A stretch of DNA of 64,000 nucleotides from Myxococcota bacterium (lineage in GTDB: Bacteria > Myxococcota_A > UBA796 > CAJQPC01), in NCBI GenBank assembly GCA_036012755.1, contig DASCPX010000179.1, positions 78,566-142,565 on the forward strand. The letters run 5' to 3'. The position numbers were made by a program, and so were the translations under genes. Below are positions 23,785-32,850 of the stretch, one piece after another. Position 1 is the first letter of the stretch, and each line of letters opens with the position of its first letter. The notes under the pieces are model-generated. The model was not told where the DNA came from, ran no database searches, and saw nothing but the letters and a program-made list of their open reading frames with translations.

Positions 23785-25366
23785 CCTCGGCGTCACTCGG
23801 CAGCGCGAAGAGGCTCATGCCGCGGTCGGTCCACAGGGGCTCGCCCAGGTGCTGGCGGAGCCCTGGCCTCGTCGCGAGGACGTAGCGGAAGCCGGCCGTT
23901 TCGCTCCAGTCGCCCGTGATGGGTCGGTTTCGCCTCGCCTCTTCCAGGGCCACGAAGACGCCGAGCTCGACGAGTCGCCGCTCCCACTCTGCGCCGCGCA
24001 TCGCGGGGCTCATGTCCCAGGCGATGCCGCCGCCCTGGGGCTGGCCGTGGATGACCTGGTAGCCGATGAGGTCATTGGGGACGCGCGCCAGGGGCCAGAC
24101 GAGGATCGGACCGTGGAGCTCGGGCATCTCCGGGATGTTGGACTCGATCCACACGTGCTCGACCGGCCTGTCGTTTCGCAGCCCGACCCGGGCGTCGGCC
24201 ACGCAGACGATCGCGAGCGCAGCCACCGCCACGGGCCTGAAGCGCCTCGCCCGCGCGACGAGTCCGGCGACGCAGATGGCGAAGGCTGGCAAGCCGAGCC
24301 CCAGCCACCGATAGGGCCACCAGAAGCGCTCATGACCGGGCAGCCAGTCCATCAGCGCAGCCGGGAGCGCGAAGCTCAGATCGCCCCACATGAGCGGGAA
24401 GCCCCGCGAGCCGACGAGGACCGGCCCCAGCGCGAAGATGACGGCGCTGGCCGCGATGGCCGCGGGGATCCGGAGAGGCCGGAAGACCATGGCGCCGAGC
24501 ACCGCGGGGACCAGGAGGATGGGCACCTTGCGCGCAGGCTCGGTGGTGAGCTGGAGCAGGAAAGCGCCCGGGACCTCCAGCGCGCCCGCGTTCTTCTGGG
24601 CCAGGGGCTCCAGGCGGTTCATCAACAGCGCGTAGTGGTTGCCCTCCTCGAAGAAGGCAGGCGCGATCAGGGCGAGTGACGGCAGCACGACGACCAGGGA
24701 GACACCGAGCACCCCGAGCGCCGAGGGCTTGCGCCACCAGGCCGCCAGCAGGAGCGTGAACAGCACGCCGAACCAGGCGTAGAACCAGTAGCAGGACCCG
24801 GTGACGCCCAGGCCGATCCCCGCCACGAGCACGGCCTTTTTTCCCCCTCCGTCACGCAGCCACAGCATGCCGCCGAGCCAGACCGCCAGGGGTGCCCAGA
24901 GACCCTGCTCGGTGCGACCGACACCCGACTCCCAGATCGCATAAGCCGAGGCGGTGCCCACGACGACGGCGGCTGCCGCGCCCCAAGGATCCCGCGTCAG
25001 CCTCCACCCGGCCCAACCGCAAGCGACCCCGTTGGCCACCCCCACCACGAGCACCGCCGCGTTGAGCGCCGGCACGGGATCGAGCAGAGCGTGGACCGGA
25101 AAGAGCAGGACCTGGGCGCCGACATTCCACAGCAAGAGCCGCACGTCCTGCCCCTCCGGCCAGGCCAGCTCCGGCCTGAAGAAGGGATTGCGCAGCTCCA
25201 GGACACAGTCCACGAAGGAGTGCGACCACCAGATGCCCGCGCCGAGGTCCGGGTCGCCCAGCCGACCGAGGAGGTGGGTGTCCATCACCTGCACCAGCGG
25301 CCAGGACGCCGCGACGACCAGTACGATGGCCAGCGCGACGAGCGCGCCCCAGAGTCTCACCGCCAC
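23774..25366 (-). CDS. Polytopic membrane protein (same architectural class as 12272..13972 and 57442..59127)
   Basis: 530 aa with more than 10 TM helices. The N-terminal loop is LGRLGDPDLGAGIWWSHSF. Confidence 0.6.
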   Translation of the reverse strand: MAVRLWGALVALAIVLVVAASWPLVQVMDTHLLGRLGDPDLGAGIWWSHSFVDCVLELRNPFFRPELAWPEGQDVRLLLWNVGAQVLLFPVHALLDPVPALNAAVLVVGVANGVACGWAGWRLTRDPWGAAAAVVVGTASAYAIWESGVGRTEQGLWAPLAVWLGGMLWLRDGGGKKAVLVAGIGLGVTGSCYWFYAWFGVLFTLLLAAWWRKPSALGVLGVSLVVVLPSLALIAPAFFEEGNHYALLMNRLEPLAQKNAGALEVPGAFLLQLTTEPARKVPILLVPAVLGAMVFRPLRIPAAIAASAVIFALGPVLVGSRGFPLMWGDLSFALPAALMDWLPGHERFWWPYRWLGLGLPAFAICVAGLVARARRFRPVAVAALAIVCVADARVGLRNDRPVEHVWIESNIPEMPELHGPILVWPLARVPNDLIGYQVIHGQPQGGGIAWDMSPAMRGAEWERRLVELGVFVALEEARRNRPITGDWSETAGFRYVLATRPGLRQHLGEPLWTDRGMSLFALPSDAEASP

Positions 25367-25404
25367 ACCATGACCTCAGCCTAGCCCAGATAGAGTCGCA
25401 CCAG

Positions 25405-26931
25405 ATGGCCTCGCCCCTCGACAGACCTCCGCAGGGGCAGACCCTGGCGCTCGTGTCCCTCTACGACATCGAGAACAACGCCGTGCGTCAGCTCGCCGCC
25501 GCGGTGCGCGAGCAGGGTCGACGGGTCGTGGAGGTCTACTTCAAGGACTGGAAGAACAACCACCTCGAGGAGCCGACCGAGTACGAGCTCCAACAGCTCG
25601 CCGAGCTCCTCGAGCGCGAGGGTGTCGGTCTCATCGGCATCTCCCTGCGCGCCAGCGCTTATGAGCGCATCGCCGGCATGGTCACCACCCGCCTGCGCCG
25701 ACTCGGGCGCCCGATCGTCCTCGGCGGCTGGCACGTCACGGTGCGGCCCGAGCGCTGCGACGGCATGGCCGCGGCGCTCTGCCTCGGCGAGGCGGACGTG
25801 GCCTTTCCCCGCTTCGTCGAGGCGTGGTTCACGGGAGGGGACTGGCGCGGCTGCCCCAGCATGCGCTTCGGAGGCACGCAGAACCCGCTGGAGCCCCTGG
25901 TCGAGGACCTCGACTCCCTGCCCTGGCGGGACTACGCGAGCGAGGACAAGTGGGTGCTGTCGAGGGGCTCCGTCGCCCGCGGAGACCCGATGGCCGCCGA
26001 CCCGCTCTACCAGGTGATGTGCAGCCACGGCTGCATCCAGAAGTGCTCCTTCTGCCACAACTCCTTCGACACCGGAGCCGAGGGGCCGCGGCTGCGCTTC
26101 CGCAGCGTCGACAGCGTCCTGGCCGAGCTCGCCGAGCGTCGGCGCCTCAACCCGAGCATCCGCCGCGTGCGCTTCGACGACGAGGTCTTTGGCCTGTCCA
26201 GGAGCTGGCTGCGCGAGTTCGCCGAGCGCTATCCGGAGGAGGTCGGACTGCCCTTCGACATCCTCACCGAGCCCACGGTGGTCAACGAGGAGTACGTGGA
26301 GCTCATCACGGCCGCCGGCGCCCGGGTGGTCCACATGGGCATCCAGTCCAACGAGCCCGTCAACCGGGAGCGGCTCGGACGCCGCGCCGACCGGGAGACG
26401 ACGATGCGAGCGGTGCAGCTGCTCACCGCGGCGGGCCTCTACATCCGCTACCTCTGCATGGTGGACGTGCCGGGCACCACGTCCGACGACCAACGGAGCC
26501 TCTTCCGCTTCCTGCAAGAGGTGCCCAAGCCCTACGACCTCTACCTCTTCAGCCTCACCTGGTTCCCCGGGAGCAAGATGGTCGAGGACATGCTGGAGCG
26601 CGGCGAGCTCGACCCGAGCCAGGTCGAGGGCACGGCGACCAAGACCTTCTCCCAGTACCGCGTGGACCTTGGCTGGCCTCGCTCTCCAGAGGACACCTGG
26701 TGGCTCGCCCTGATGGTCCTCCAGGCCAGCCAGACCATGCCGAACGGCGTGCTGCGACGGATCATGGAGAGCGACTTCAGCAAGGAGTCCCCTCGCCACC
26801 TGGTGCTGGCTGCCCACGCGGCGACCCTGGTGAAGACGGCCCGCATCGCCAACCGCATGAGGCGCGACGGGGAGCTCACCGCGACCCTGGTGAGACGGTG
26901 GTGGAACCCCCAGCAGATGATCACGATGTAG
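25405..26931 (+). CDS. B12-binding-domain radical SAM enzyme (paralog A)
   Basis: The N-terminal domain is Rossmann-like and resembles a cobalamin-binding domain. CIQKCSFC is a CX3CX2C motif. Alignable over its full length with 40302..41831. Confidence 0.8.
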   Translation: MASPLDRPPQGQTLALVSLYDIENNAVRQLAAAVREQGRRVVEVYFKDWKNNHLEEPTEYELQQLAELLEREGVGLIGISLRASAYERIAGMVTTRLRRLGRPIVLGGWHVTVRPERCDGMAAALCLGEADVAFPRFVEAWFTGGDWRGCPSMRFGGTQNPLEPLVEDLDSLPWRDYASEDKWVLSRGSVARGDPMAADPLYQVMCSHGCIQKCSFCHNSFDTGAEGPRLRFRSVDSVLAELAERRRLNPSIRRVRFDDEVFGLSRSWLREFAERYPEEVGLPFDILTEPTVVNEEYVELITAAGARVVHMGIQSNEPVNRERLGRRADRETTMRAVQLLTAAGLYIRYLCMVDVPGTTSDDQRSLFRFLQEVPKPYDLYLFSLTWFPGSKMVEDMLERGELDPSQVEGTATKTFSQYRVDLGWPRSPEDTWWLALMVLQASQTMPNGVLRRIMESDFSKESPRHLVLAAHAATLVKTARIANRMRRDGELTATLVRRWWNPQQMITM

Positions 26932-26977
26932 CCGGACACCGGAGGTCACACCCTCGGCCAGGTCGTAGGAAGAGCCG

Positions 26978-27772
26978 ATGTTCCTGTTGATGCCCCTGGC
27001 GTGCACACCAACAGATGAGCCGAGACCGTCGGTGGTGCCCGAGGCGGAGGCGACCACGGTCTGCTACTCGCTAGAGAAGAATGAGGACGACGCGACCACA
27101 GAGTTGTGGCGGATCGACCTCGCCACGGCCGAGCACGACGTCCTCTCCACCTTCGAACCGGGATTCGAACCATGGGGGTCGCACGGTCTCCAGCGCGTGG
27201 GAGACCGGTTCATGGGCTTCGATTACTACTCCGACCTCCACATCTTCGACCTGTCGTCGGGAATCCAGGAGACCGACGAGCGGGATCTGGACTACAGCGT
27301 GATGGTCAGCCACGCTGGCGAGGATCTTCGCGTTGTCCGCACAGAGGGGATCGACCAACGGCTCTGCTCCTACGCTGGCCCCGAAGACCTGTTGGCTGGC
27401 ACGGACCAGGGCTGCGTGGTCCTGGAACTGCTCTTTGGCACCCGCTTCACGTTGCACGAGGGGCTGCTCTACTCGACCTGGCACTCCACCAATGAGTTCA
27501 CGACCAGCGACGCGGTCACCGGAGAGAACCTGGGGACGACCGACCTCGAGAACTGGGACACCTGGGTCTGGGGGCTGAGCGTCGCCGACGGGAAGCTCCA
27601 CGTGGTAGACGACGGCCGCAACTCGGGGGAGTACAACATCCTCATCGGCCTGTTCGACCTGGAGGGCGGGCGAATCGACACCGTCGGCGTCCGGAACGCA
27701 CACTGGGGGTCTGAGCATCTCGGCGGCTTGTGGTGCCGCGAAGAAGACCCTCAGCTCGACTCCGCACCCTGA
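26978..27772 (+). CDS. Lipoprotein, unknown function
   Basis: N-terminus MFLLMPLACTPTDEP. 264-aa ORF with no recognisable motif. Confidence 0.55.
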   Translation: MFLLMPLACTPTDEPRPSVVPEAEATTVCYSLEKNEDDATTELWRIDLATAEHDVLSTFEPGFEPWGSHGLQRVGDRFMGFDYYSDLHIFDLSSGIQETDERDLDYSVMVSHAGEDLRVVRTEGIDQRLCSYAGPEDLLAGTDQGCVVLELLFGTRFTLHEGLLYSTWHSTNEFTTSDAVTGENLGTTDLENWDTWVWGLSVADGKLHVVDDGRNSGEYNILIGLFDLEGGRIDTVGVRNAHWGSEHLGGLWCREEDPQLDSAP

Positions 27773-27824
27773 TCAGCGAGCGTCCGCGACGGCCTCTGAG
27801 CTCGTCCAGGGCTGACCGCGTCGG

Positions 27825-28402
27825 CTACACCAAGGCCTTCTTGCTCGCGTAGTCATCGAGCGCCGCACGCAGCGGGCCCTCCGCTGGCCACTGTTCGGGT
27901 CCGGCCGCCATCAGCGCGGCCACAGCCTGGTCGATCCACTCGGACGAGGCGCTCTCGAGCTGCCTCGCCGCGTTCTTTCGCTCCTGTATGACCTGGCCCG
28001 GGCCGCCCGCGGGCATGGCCTCCAGACCCAGCTTCGTGGCGAGCCCCTGGCCCGCCGCATCTCGGGCTTGATGGCGTTGAACCCGGTCTCGCAGAACAGG
28101 GCCCAGTCATCCTCGACCTCCAGCACCACGTCGCCGAGGTGCCAGCGGGAGACCTCGCACTCGGGCTCCGGCCAGTCCACGGCGGCACTGTCGTGGGAGG
28201 CACTGTCGTGGGAGGCACTGTCGTGGGAGGCACTGTCGTGGGAGGCACTGTCGTGGGAGGCACTGTCGTGGGAGGCACTGTCGTACGAGTCGGAGTCGCC
28301 ACCAGAGTCCCCGATCTCCACGCCGGTGTCGCACTCCGCGCCGGGGTCGCCGGCGATCTGGCGCGGATCGCCGCAGGCGAGGAGGACGACTGGGATGAGC
28401 AT
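27825..28402 (-). pseudogene. SHDSA-repeat lipoprotein, apparently frameshifted
   Basis: MLIPVVLLAC...(SHDSA)x7...FCETGFNAIKPE is followed by Arg-rich junk in the same frame. A coherent continuation (AAGQGLATKLGLEAMPAGGPGQVIQERK...) lies in another frame. The junction is at about 28050-28062. Confidence 0.5.
28181..28285 (-). repeat. 7 x 15-bp in-frame tandem repeat (ggaggcactgtcgtg) encoding SHDSA
   Basis: Seven consecutive 15-bp units run from 28181 to 28285. The first and last units each carry one substitution. Confidence 0.9.
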
Positions 28403-28434
28403 GGACTCACGCTACGGTCGACCGACCCGCCAGG

Positions 28435-28761
28435 TCACCGTCGCGCCGATGTCGTCGTGCGTTCGGACCGCCTGGACCGCCTCGACCGAAGCCCCGCGAA
28501 CAAGACCAGGACGAGAGCGCCGGAGCTGCCGCAGCCTCCCTCCGGCACCCCCTCGGCACCACCGTAGAGGAGGTAGGCTGCGCCGGTGAAGTCGCTGTCG
28601 CCCACCCTGTCGACGCCTACGAGCACGTCGTCGAAGCCATCGCGGTCGAAGTCGCCAGCGGTGACGAGGCTGGAGCCGAACTGGTCATGGGCGACACCGT
28701 CCGAAGCCAGGATCTGCTCCGCGGTCCGCCACGTCGTCCCTAGCAGCAATCCGACGAGCAC
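28435..28761 (-). CDS. Mini-protein with one FG-GAP repeat and a MYXO-CTERM-like tail (possibly a gene remnant)
   Basis: FGSSLVTAGDFDRDGFDDVLVG...GAAYLLYGG is followed by GGCGSSGALVLVLFAGLRSRRSRR. The GTG at 28761 is the first usable start. Confidence 0.4.
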   Translation of the reverse strand: MLVGLLLGTTWRTAEQILASDGVAHDQFGSSLVTAGDFDRDGFDDVLVGVDRVGDSDFTGAAYLLYGGAEGVPEGGCGSSGALVLVLFAGLRSRRSRRSERTTTSARR

Positions 28762-28836
28762 GCGCTCTCCCTGTCCCAAGCTACACCGGCCAGGCCGCGA
28801 CTGTGACGGATCGGCATCTCGAGCATCCCAACGGGG

Positions 28837-29853
28837 ATGACCCGATCTCGCAAGCTCGTGATGGCCAGCGTGGTGACGGTGCTCTTGCTGGCCGCAGGCG
28901 AGGGAGTCGCCCAGCTGGTGGAGCGGATGCTGCCGCCCCGAACGCTCCCCCTGCCGACACAGAGCTGCGATGGGCAGTGCCTGGAGGGAGCAGCCTCGCT
29001 GCCCCCCCGACCCGACCTCGTGCCCCGGGAGGGCGGCCACGGCTGGCTCTTCGAGCCGAACACGCGGACCATGCAGGGGGTCCTCTGCGACATCAACGGC
29101 CTGGGCCTCCGAGGCAAGGACCCGGAGCCCCGAGTCCCCGGAGAGCTCCGTCTCGTCAGCGTCGGGGACTCCTCGGCCTTCGGCTACGGGGTGGAGGAGG
29201 ACGAGGTCTTCCTGTCGGTGGCCGCCGCCGCCCTCGAGTCCCGGCTCGGCCGGCGGGTGACACCCATGAACGCCGCGATCCCGGGCCACGCCGCGAAGCA
29301 CTCGCTGGCAATCGTCAAGGACCTCGGCGAAGACCTCGACCCGGACTGGCTGGTCATCACCAACATCTGGTCCGACCTCTACCACCAGACGAACCTGGCG
29401 CCGGAGCGCTCGCCATCGGCCGCGTATCGAATGGCCAAGCGGCTGTTGACCCCCCTCCTCCCACCGCGAACCATCGGCTGGCTGGAGCCCGACCAGGGGC
29501 ACGGTCAGCCGGGGCTGGGCCGCGAGCCGCGCTCCGACCTCGTGGACTACCAGCGCAACCTCCACGCGATGGCCGAGCTCGCCGAAGAGCGCGGCGTGCG
29601 CTCGCTGTTCTTGCTGCTCCCAGCCCCGATGGACCTCGAGAGCCAGCCGGTGCCTGGCTGGATCGCGGACTACCGCGCCGTGATGCGGGGGGTGGCCGAG
29701 GACGCGGGAGCGCCGCTGGTGGAGGGACCGGAGGCGTTGAAGGCCGCCGATCTCGGCCCCGAGGGCTTCTTCGACAACGTGCACCCCTCCGGCCCGACGC
29801 ACCGGGCCCTCGGCGAGGCCCTGGCGGAGATCCTGGCCGCAGAACTGGACTGA
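28837..29853 (+). CDS. SGNH/GDSL-family hydrolase with an N-terminal membrane anchor
   Basis: LVSVGDSSAFGYG is block I and FFDNVHPS is block V (DxxH). TM segment LVMASVVTVLLLAAG. Confidence 0.75.
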   Translation: MTRSRKLVMASVVTVLLLAAGEGVAQLVERMLPPRTLPLPTQSCDGQCLEGAASLPPRPDLVPREGGHGWLFEPNTRTMQGVLCDINGLGLRGKDPEPRVPGELRLVSVGDSSAFGYGVEEDEVFLSVAAAALESRLGRRVTPMNAAIPGHAAKHSLAIVKDLGEDLDPDWLVITNIWSDLYHQTNLAPERSPSAAYRMAKRLLTPLLPPRTIGWLEPDQGHGQPGLGREPRSDLVDYQRNLHAMAELAEERGVRSLFLLLPAPMDLESQPVPGWIADYRAVMRGVAEDAGAPLVEGPEALKAADLGPEGFFDNVHPSGPTHRALGEALAEILAAELD

Positions 29854-29884
29854 GCCGCAAGGCCCAACGGGATAGACGGCGCCG

Positions 29885-30151
29885 GTGACCCGGGTGGAAC
29901 TGAAGCAGAGTCTGAAGGAGATGATCGTCGAGGTCTGCGATCTCGACATCGAGCCCGGGCAGATCACGGACGACGAGCGGCTCATCAACGGGGAGGGCGA
30001 AGTCGACCTCGGGAGCCTCGATGCTGTCGAGATCGCCGCTGCCATCGACTACGAGTACGGGGTGCGCATCAAGGACCTCTCGGCCGCCAAGTCGGTCTTC
30101 CGCTCGGTCGACTCCCTCGCGGAGCACATCGCCACGACGAAGGGATGGTGA
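29885..30151 (+). CDS. Acyl carrier protein (DarC-like)
   Basis: 88 aa. DLGSLDAVEIAAAIDYEYG is the phosphopantetheine attachment-type helix II. Overlaps the KS start. Confidence 0.75.
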   Translation: MTRVELKQSLKEMIVEVCDLDIEPGQITDDERLINGEGEVDLGSLDAVEIAAAIDYEYGVRIKDLSAAKSVFRSVDSLAEHIATTKGW

Positions 30152-31260
30152 GGGTCGCGCTCAGCGGCTGGGGCTCCATCTCGGCCCTTGGCTGCTCCAA
30201 CGACGAGGGGGTGGCCGGACTCCGCGCAGGCCACCGGGGGCTCGGCTTCGCCCAGCGCTCACCGCACCTCCTCCGGGCCGAGGAGATCCTCGTAGCAGAG
30301 GCCCCCTTCGACGTCCCCATCGAGCGACGCGCTCGGGAGATGGTCGCCGTCGCGGTCGACGAAGCCCTGGCGATGGCCCCGAAGTCCCCAGGGATCGTAG
30401 GGGTCTTCGCCGGCACGACCGGGGGTTTCTTCGTGGACGCGGAGGTGGATCTCCTGTTCGCCCGAGTGGAGGATCCGGAGGCCATCCCCGACTTCGGTCA
30501 GCGCGGCCAGGGCGAGCTGGCCACGGTCGTGGCCAGACAGGCAGGCGCCCTCGGCCCGGTCCTCACCTTCTGCACCGCCTGCACCTCCAGCGCCGCCGCC
30601 ATGGCCAGCGCTGCTGCCCACCTGCGCGCGGGGACCTGCAGCCGAGCGGTGGTGGTCGGCTTCGACCTGCTGTCCAGCCTGACGGTCCAGGGCTTCAAGA
30701 GCCTGATGCTCTGCGATCCCGAGCCCTGCCGCCCCTTCGACACCACCCGGGCCGGGCTGCAGGTCGGCGAAGGCTGCGGGGTCGTGATCCTCGACGCCGA
30801 GGGTGAGGGGCCGTTCGTAGTCCGGGGCTCCTCCAATCGCATCGACCCCTCCCACCTGACCGCCAGCGCCACGGACGGCTCGACGGTCGAGCGGGTCATC
30901 CGAGAGGCCGTGGGCGACGACGAGATCGTCACCATCAAGGCCCACGGCACCGGCACGAGGGACAACGATCTCGCAGAGGGCCGGGGGGTCGCGAGGGCCT
31001 TCGGCGACCCGCCGCCCTTCGCCTCCTTGAAGGGCAGCCTCGGCCACACCCTCGGCGCCGCCGGAGCCCTGGAGACGGCGCTCTGGCTGGGCTGCCTGCG
31101 AGCGGGCTTCTGCCCGCCTTCCCGGGGGTTTTGCGAGCTCGACCCGGACATCGGCGTCTCTCCGATCACACAGCAGATCCCTGCCCTATCGGGGGCTCAC
31201 CTCTTCAACGCCTTCGGCTTCGGCGGCTCCTGCGTCGCGATGGTGATCGCCGATGCCTAG
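30145..31260 (+). CDS. Beta-ketoacyl-ACP synthase (KS, FabF/FabB-like, short form)
   Basis: TACTSSAAAMA carries the active Cys. KAHGTGT and GSLGHTLGAAG carry the His residues. Confidence 0.85.
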   Translation: MVRVALSGWGSISALGCSNDEGVAGLRAGHRGLGFAQRSPHLLRAEEILVAEAPFDVPIERRAREMVAVAVDEALAMAPKSPGIVGVFAGTTGGFFVDAEVDLLFARVEDPEAIPDFGQRGQGELATVVARQAGALGPVLTFCTACTSSAAAMASAAAHLRAGTCSRAVVVGFDLLSSLTVQGFKSLMLCDPEPCRPFDTTRAGLQVGEGCGVVILDAEGEGPFVVRGSSNRIDPSHLTASATDGSTVERVIREAVGDDEIVTIKAHGTGTRDNDLAEGRGVARAFGDPPPFASLKGSLGHTLGAAGALETALWLGCLRAGFCPPSRGFCELDPDIGVSPITQQIPALSGAHLFNAFGFGGSCVAMVIADA

Positions 31261-32008
31261 CGTCGGCATCCACGGGTGGGCCTCGGTCACCACTGCCAAG
31301 GGACACAAGGAGCGCTTCGGTCACACCTTCAGGCGCATCGGCCCCTTCGTGAAGATCGCCCAGCTCGGCGCCACCGACGCGGTCGAGTCGACCCCAGAGG
31401 GCCTCGGCGTCTTCCTCGGGACAGGGCTCGGAAACACAGCCGACATCGTGCCCCTGATGACGAGCGTGCTCGATCCGCACCGGCCGCGCTGCTCGCCCAT
31501 GGCCTTCGCTGGCTGCGTGGGCAACTCGGCGGCCTTCTTCGTGGCGGCGGTCCTGGGCAGTACCGGACCCAGCGTGACCGTCTCCCAAGAGGAGCTGTCC
31601 TTCGAGGCGGCGCTGCTGGAGGCCGTGATCGCGATGGACGAGGGGCTGCAATGGGCGCTCGTCGGGGGTGTCGACGTGATGAGCGGCAGCCCGGTAGACC
31701 AGCGTCACCGCGTGAACGCAGTCGGGGTCGAGGGAGAGCTCGGCGAGGGCGCCGCCTTCATCCTGCTCGGACCGCGCGAGGGCGCCACCGCCACAGTCGA
31801 CCGGGTCGAGCTCGGCACCTTCCCCCTGGACCCGGCGGACCGGACGCCGCTGTACGGCTGGCGCATGGACCATCCACAGCGCGAGCGCCGCCTGGTCCCC
31901 GTCGCGGCGGGACTGCGCATCGTCGAGGCCCTGGACCACCCGGGAAGGTACGTGCACCTCAACCGCTCCGCCGGGGGCCTCTCCGCGCGGGTGTGCTTCA
32001 CGCGATGA
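31253..32008 (+). CDS. KS-like partner lacking the active-site Cys (chain-length-factor-like)
   Basis: KS N-terminal-like fold signatures (FLGTGLGN, VGGVDVMS). No C-H-H triad. 8-nt overlap with the KS gene. Confidence 0.65.
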   Translation: MPSVGIHGWASVTTAKGHKERFGHTFRRIGPFVKIAQLGATDAVESTPEGLGVFLGTGLGNTADIVPLMTSVLDPHRPRCSPMAFAGCVGNSAAFFVAAVLGSTGPSVTVSQEELSFEAALLEAVIAMDEGLQWALVGGVDVMSGSPVDQRHRVNAVGVEGELGEGAAFILLGPREGATATVDRVELGTFPLDPADRTPLYGWRMDHPQRERRLVPVAAGLRIVEALDHPGRYVHLNRSAGGLSARVCFTR

Positions 32009-32847
32009 AGCGCGTCCTGGTCCTGTGGTGGTCTCAGAGCGGACAGCTCGAGGGCTGCATGCGGGCCTTCTGCGAGCCCCTCGAAGCCAGCGGCGTCGAG
32101 CTGGTCTACCGCCGAGTCGAGCCAGCCGTCGCCTACCCCTTTCCATGGAGCGTGAGCGCCTTCTTCGGCCAGTTCCCCGAGACCTTCCTCGAAGAGGGCG
32201 TCGACATCGACTTCGAGCCCCCGGAGGGCGACTTCGACCTCGTGATCGTGGCCTCGCAGGTGTGGTTCCTCAAGCCCTCTCCGCCCTTCTGTCGCCTGTT
32301 GTCCCGACACCCGGCGCTCTTCGCGGGCCGCCGGGTCCTGACCCTGGTCGCCTGTCGCAACATGTGGATTCGCGGCTGGGGCCGCCTCGCGGAGCGCATC
32401 CGTGAAGCCGGCGGCGACATCACCGACCGGGTCGTCGCGGTGCACTCGGGCTCTGTTCTGGCCAGCTACTTCACGACCCTGGCCTGGATGCTGACGGGCA
32501 AGCGTGACGCCCTGAAGCCGCTCGGAAAGGCCGAGATCGCAGCGCAGACGGTCGAGAGGGTCAGGGGCCTGGGCGAGCGCTTCGCCAGCGGCGAGCACGT
32601 CGACGAGGCGCCCATCTCGCTCACCCACGCCCTCGGCGAGCAGCTCGTCGGACGCACGTTCTTCCCTCTTCTGGCGGCCATCGGTCATCTCACGCCGCGA
32701 CAGGGCATCCTCCGAACACTGTTCGCGTGGTTCCAGATGAGCTTCACGATCTCGGCGGTCCTGACCCTGCTGGGGCCCTGCATGCTGGTCCGCTTGCTGT
32801 TCGGGCGGTGGGTCGACCCGTGGCTCCGGGAGCAGGCACGGTTATGA
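32005..32847 (+). CDS. DarA-like protein (dialkylresorcinol pathway partner of DarB); flavodoxin-like N-terminus and hydrophobic C-terminus
   Basis: Starts MKRVLVLWWSQSGQL. It sits immediately upstream of the FabH-like condensing enzyme, as in darAB loci. ATGA overlap with the upstream gene. Confidence 0.5.
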   Translation: MKRVLVLWWSQSGQLEGCMRAFCEPLEASGVELVYRRVEPAVAYPFPWSVSAFFGQFPETFLEEGVDIDFEPPEGDFDLVIVASQVWFLKPSPPFCRLLSRHPALFAGRRVLTLVACRNMWIRGWGRLAERIREAGGDITDRVVAVHSGSVLASYFTTLAWMLTGKRDALKPLGKAEIAAQTVERVRGLGERFASGEHVDEAPISLTHALGEQLVGRTFFPLLAAIGHLTPRQGILRTLFAWFQMSFTISAVLTLLGPCMLVRLLFGRWVDPWLREQARL

Positions 32848-32850
32848 GCG

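Noticed and set aside
28181-28285. 15-bp x 7 repeat as a non-coding array or CRISPR-like element
   Set aside because: The period is a multiple of three. The repeat lies inside a lipoprotein ORF directly after its lipobox and encodes a clean SHDSA x 7 linker. It is a coding microsatellite.
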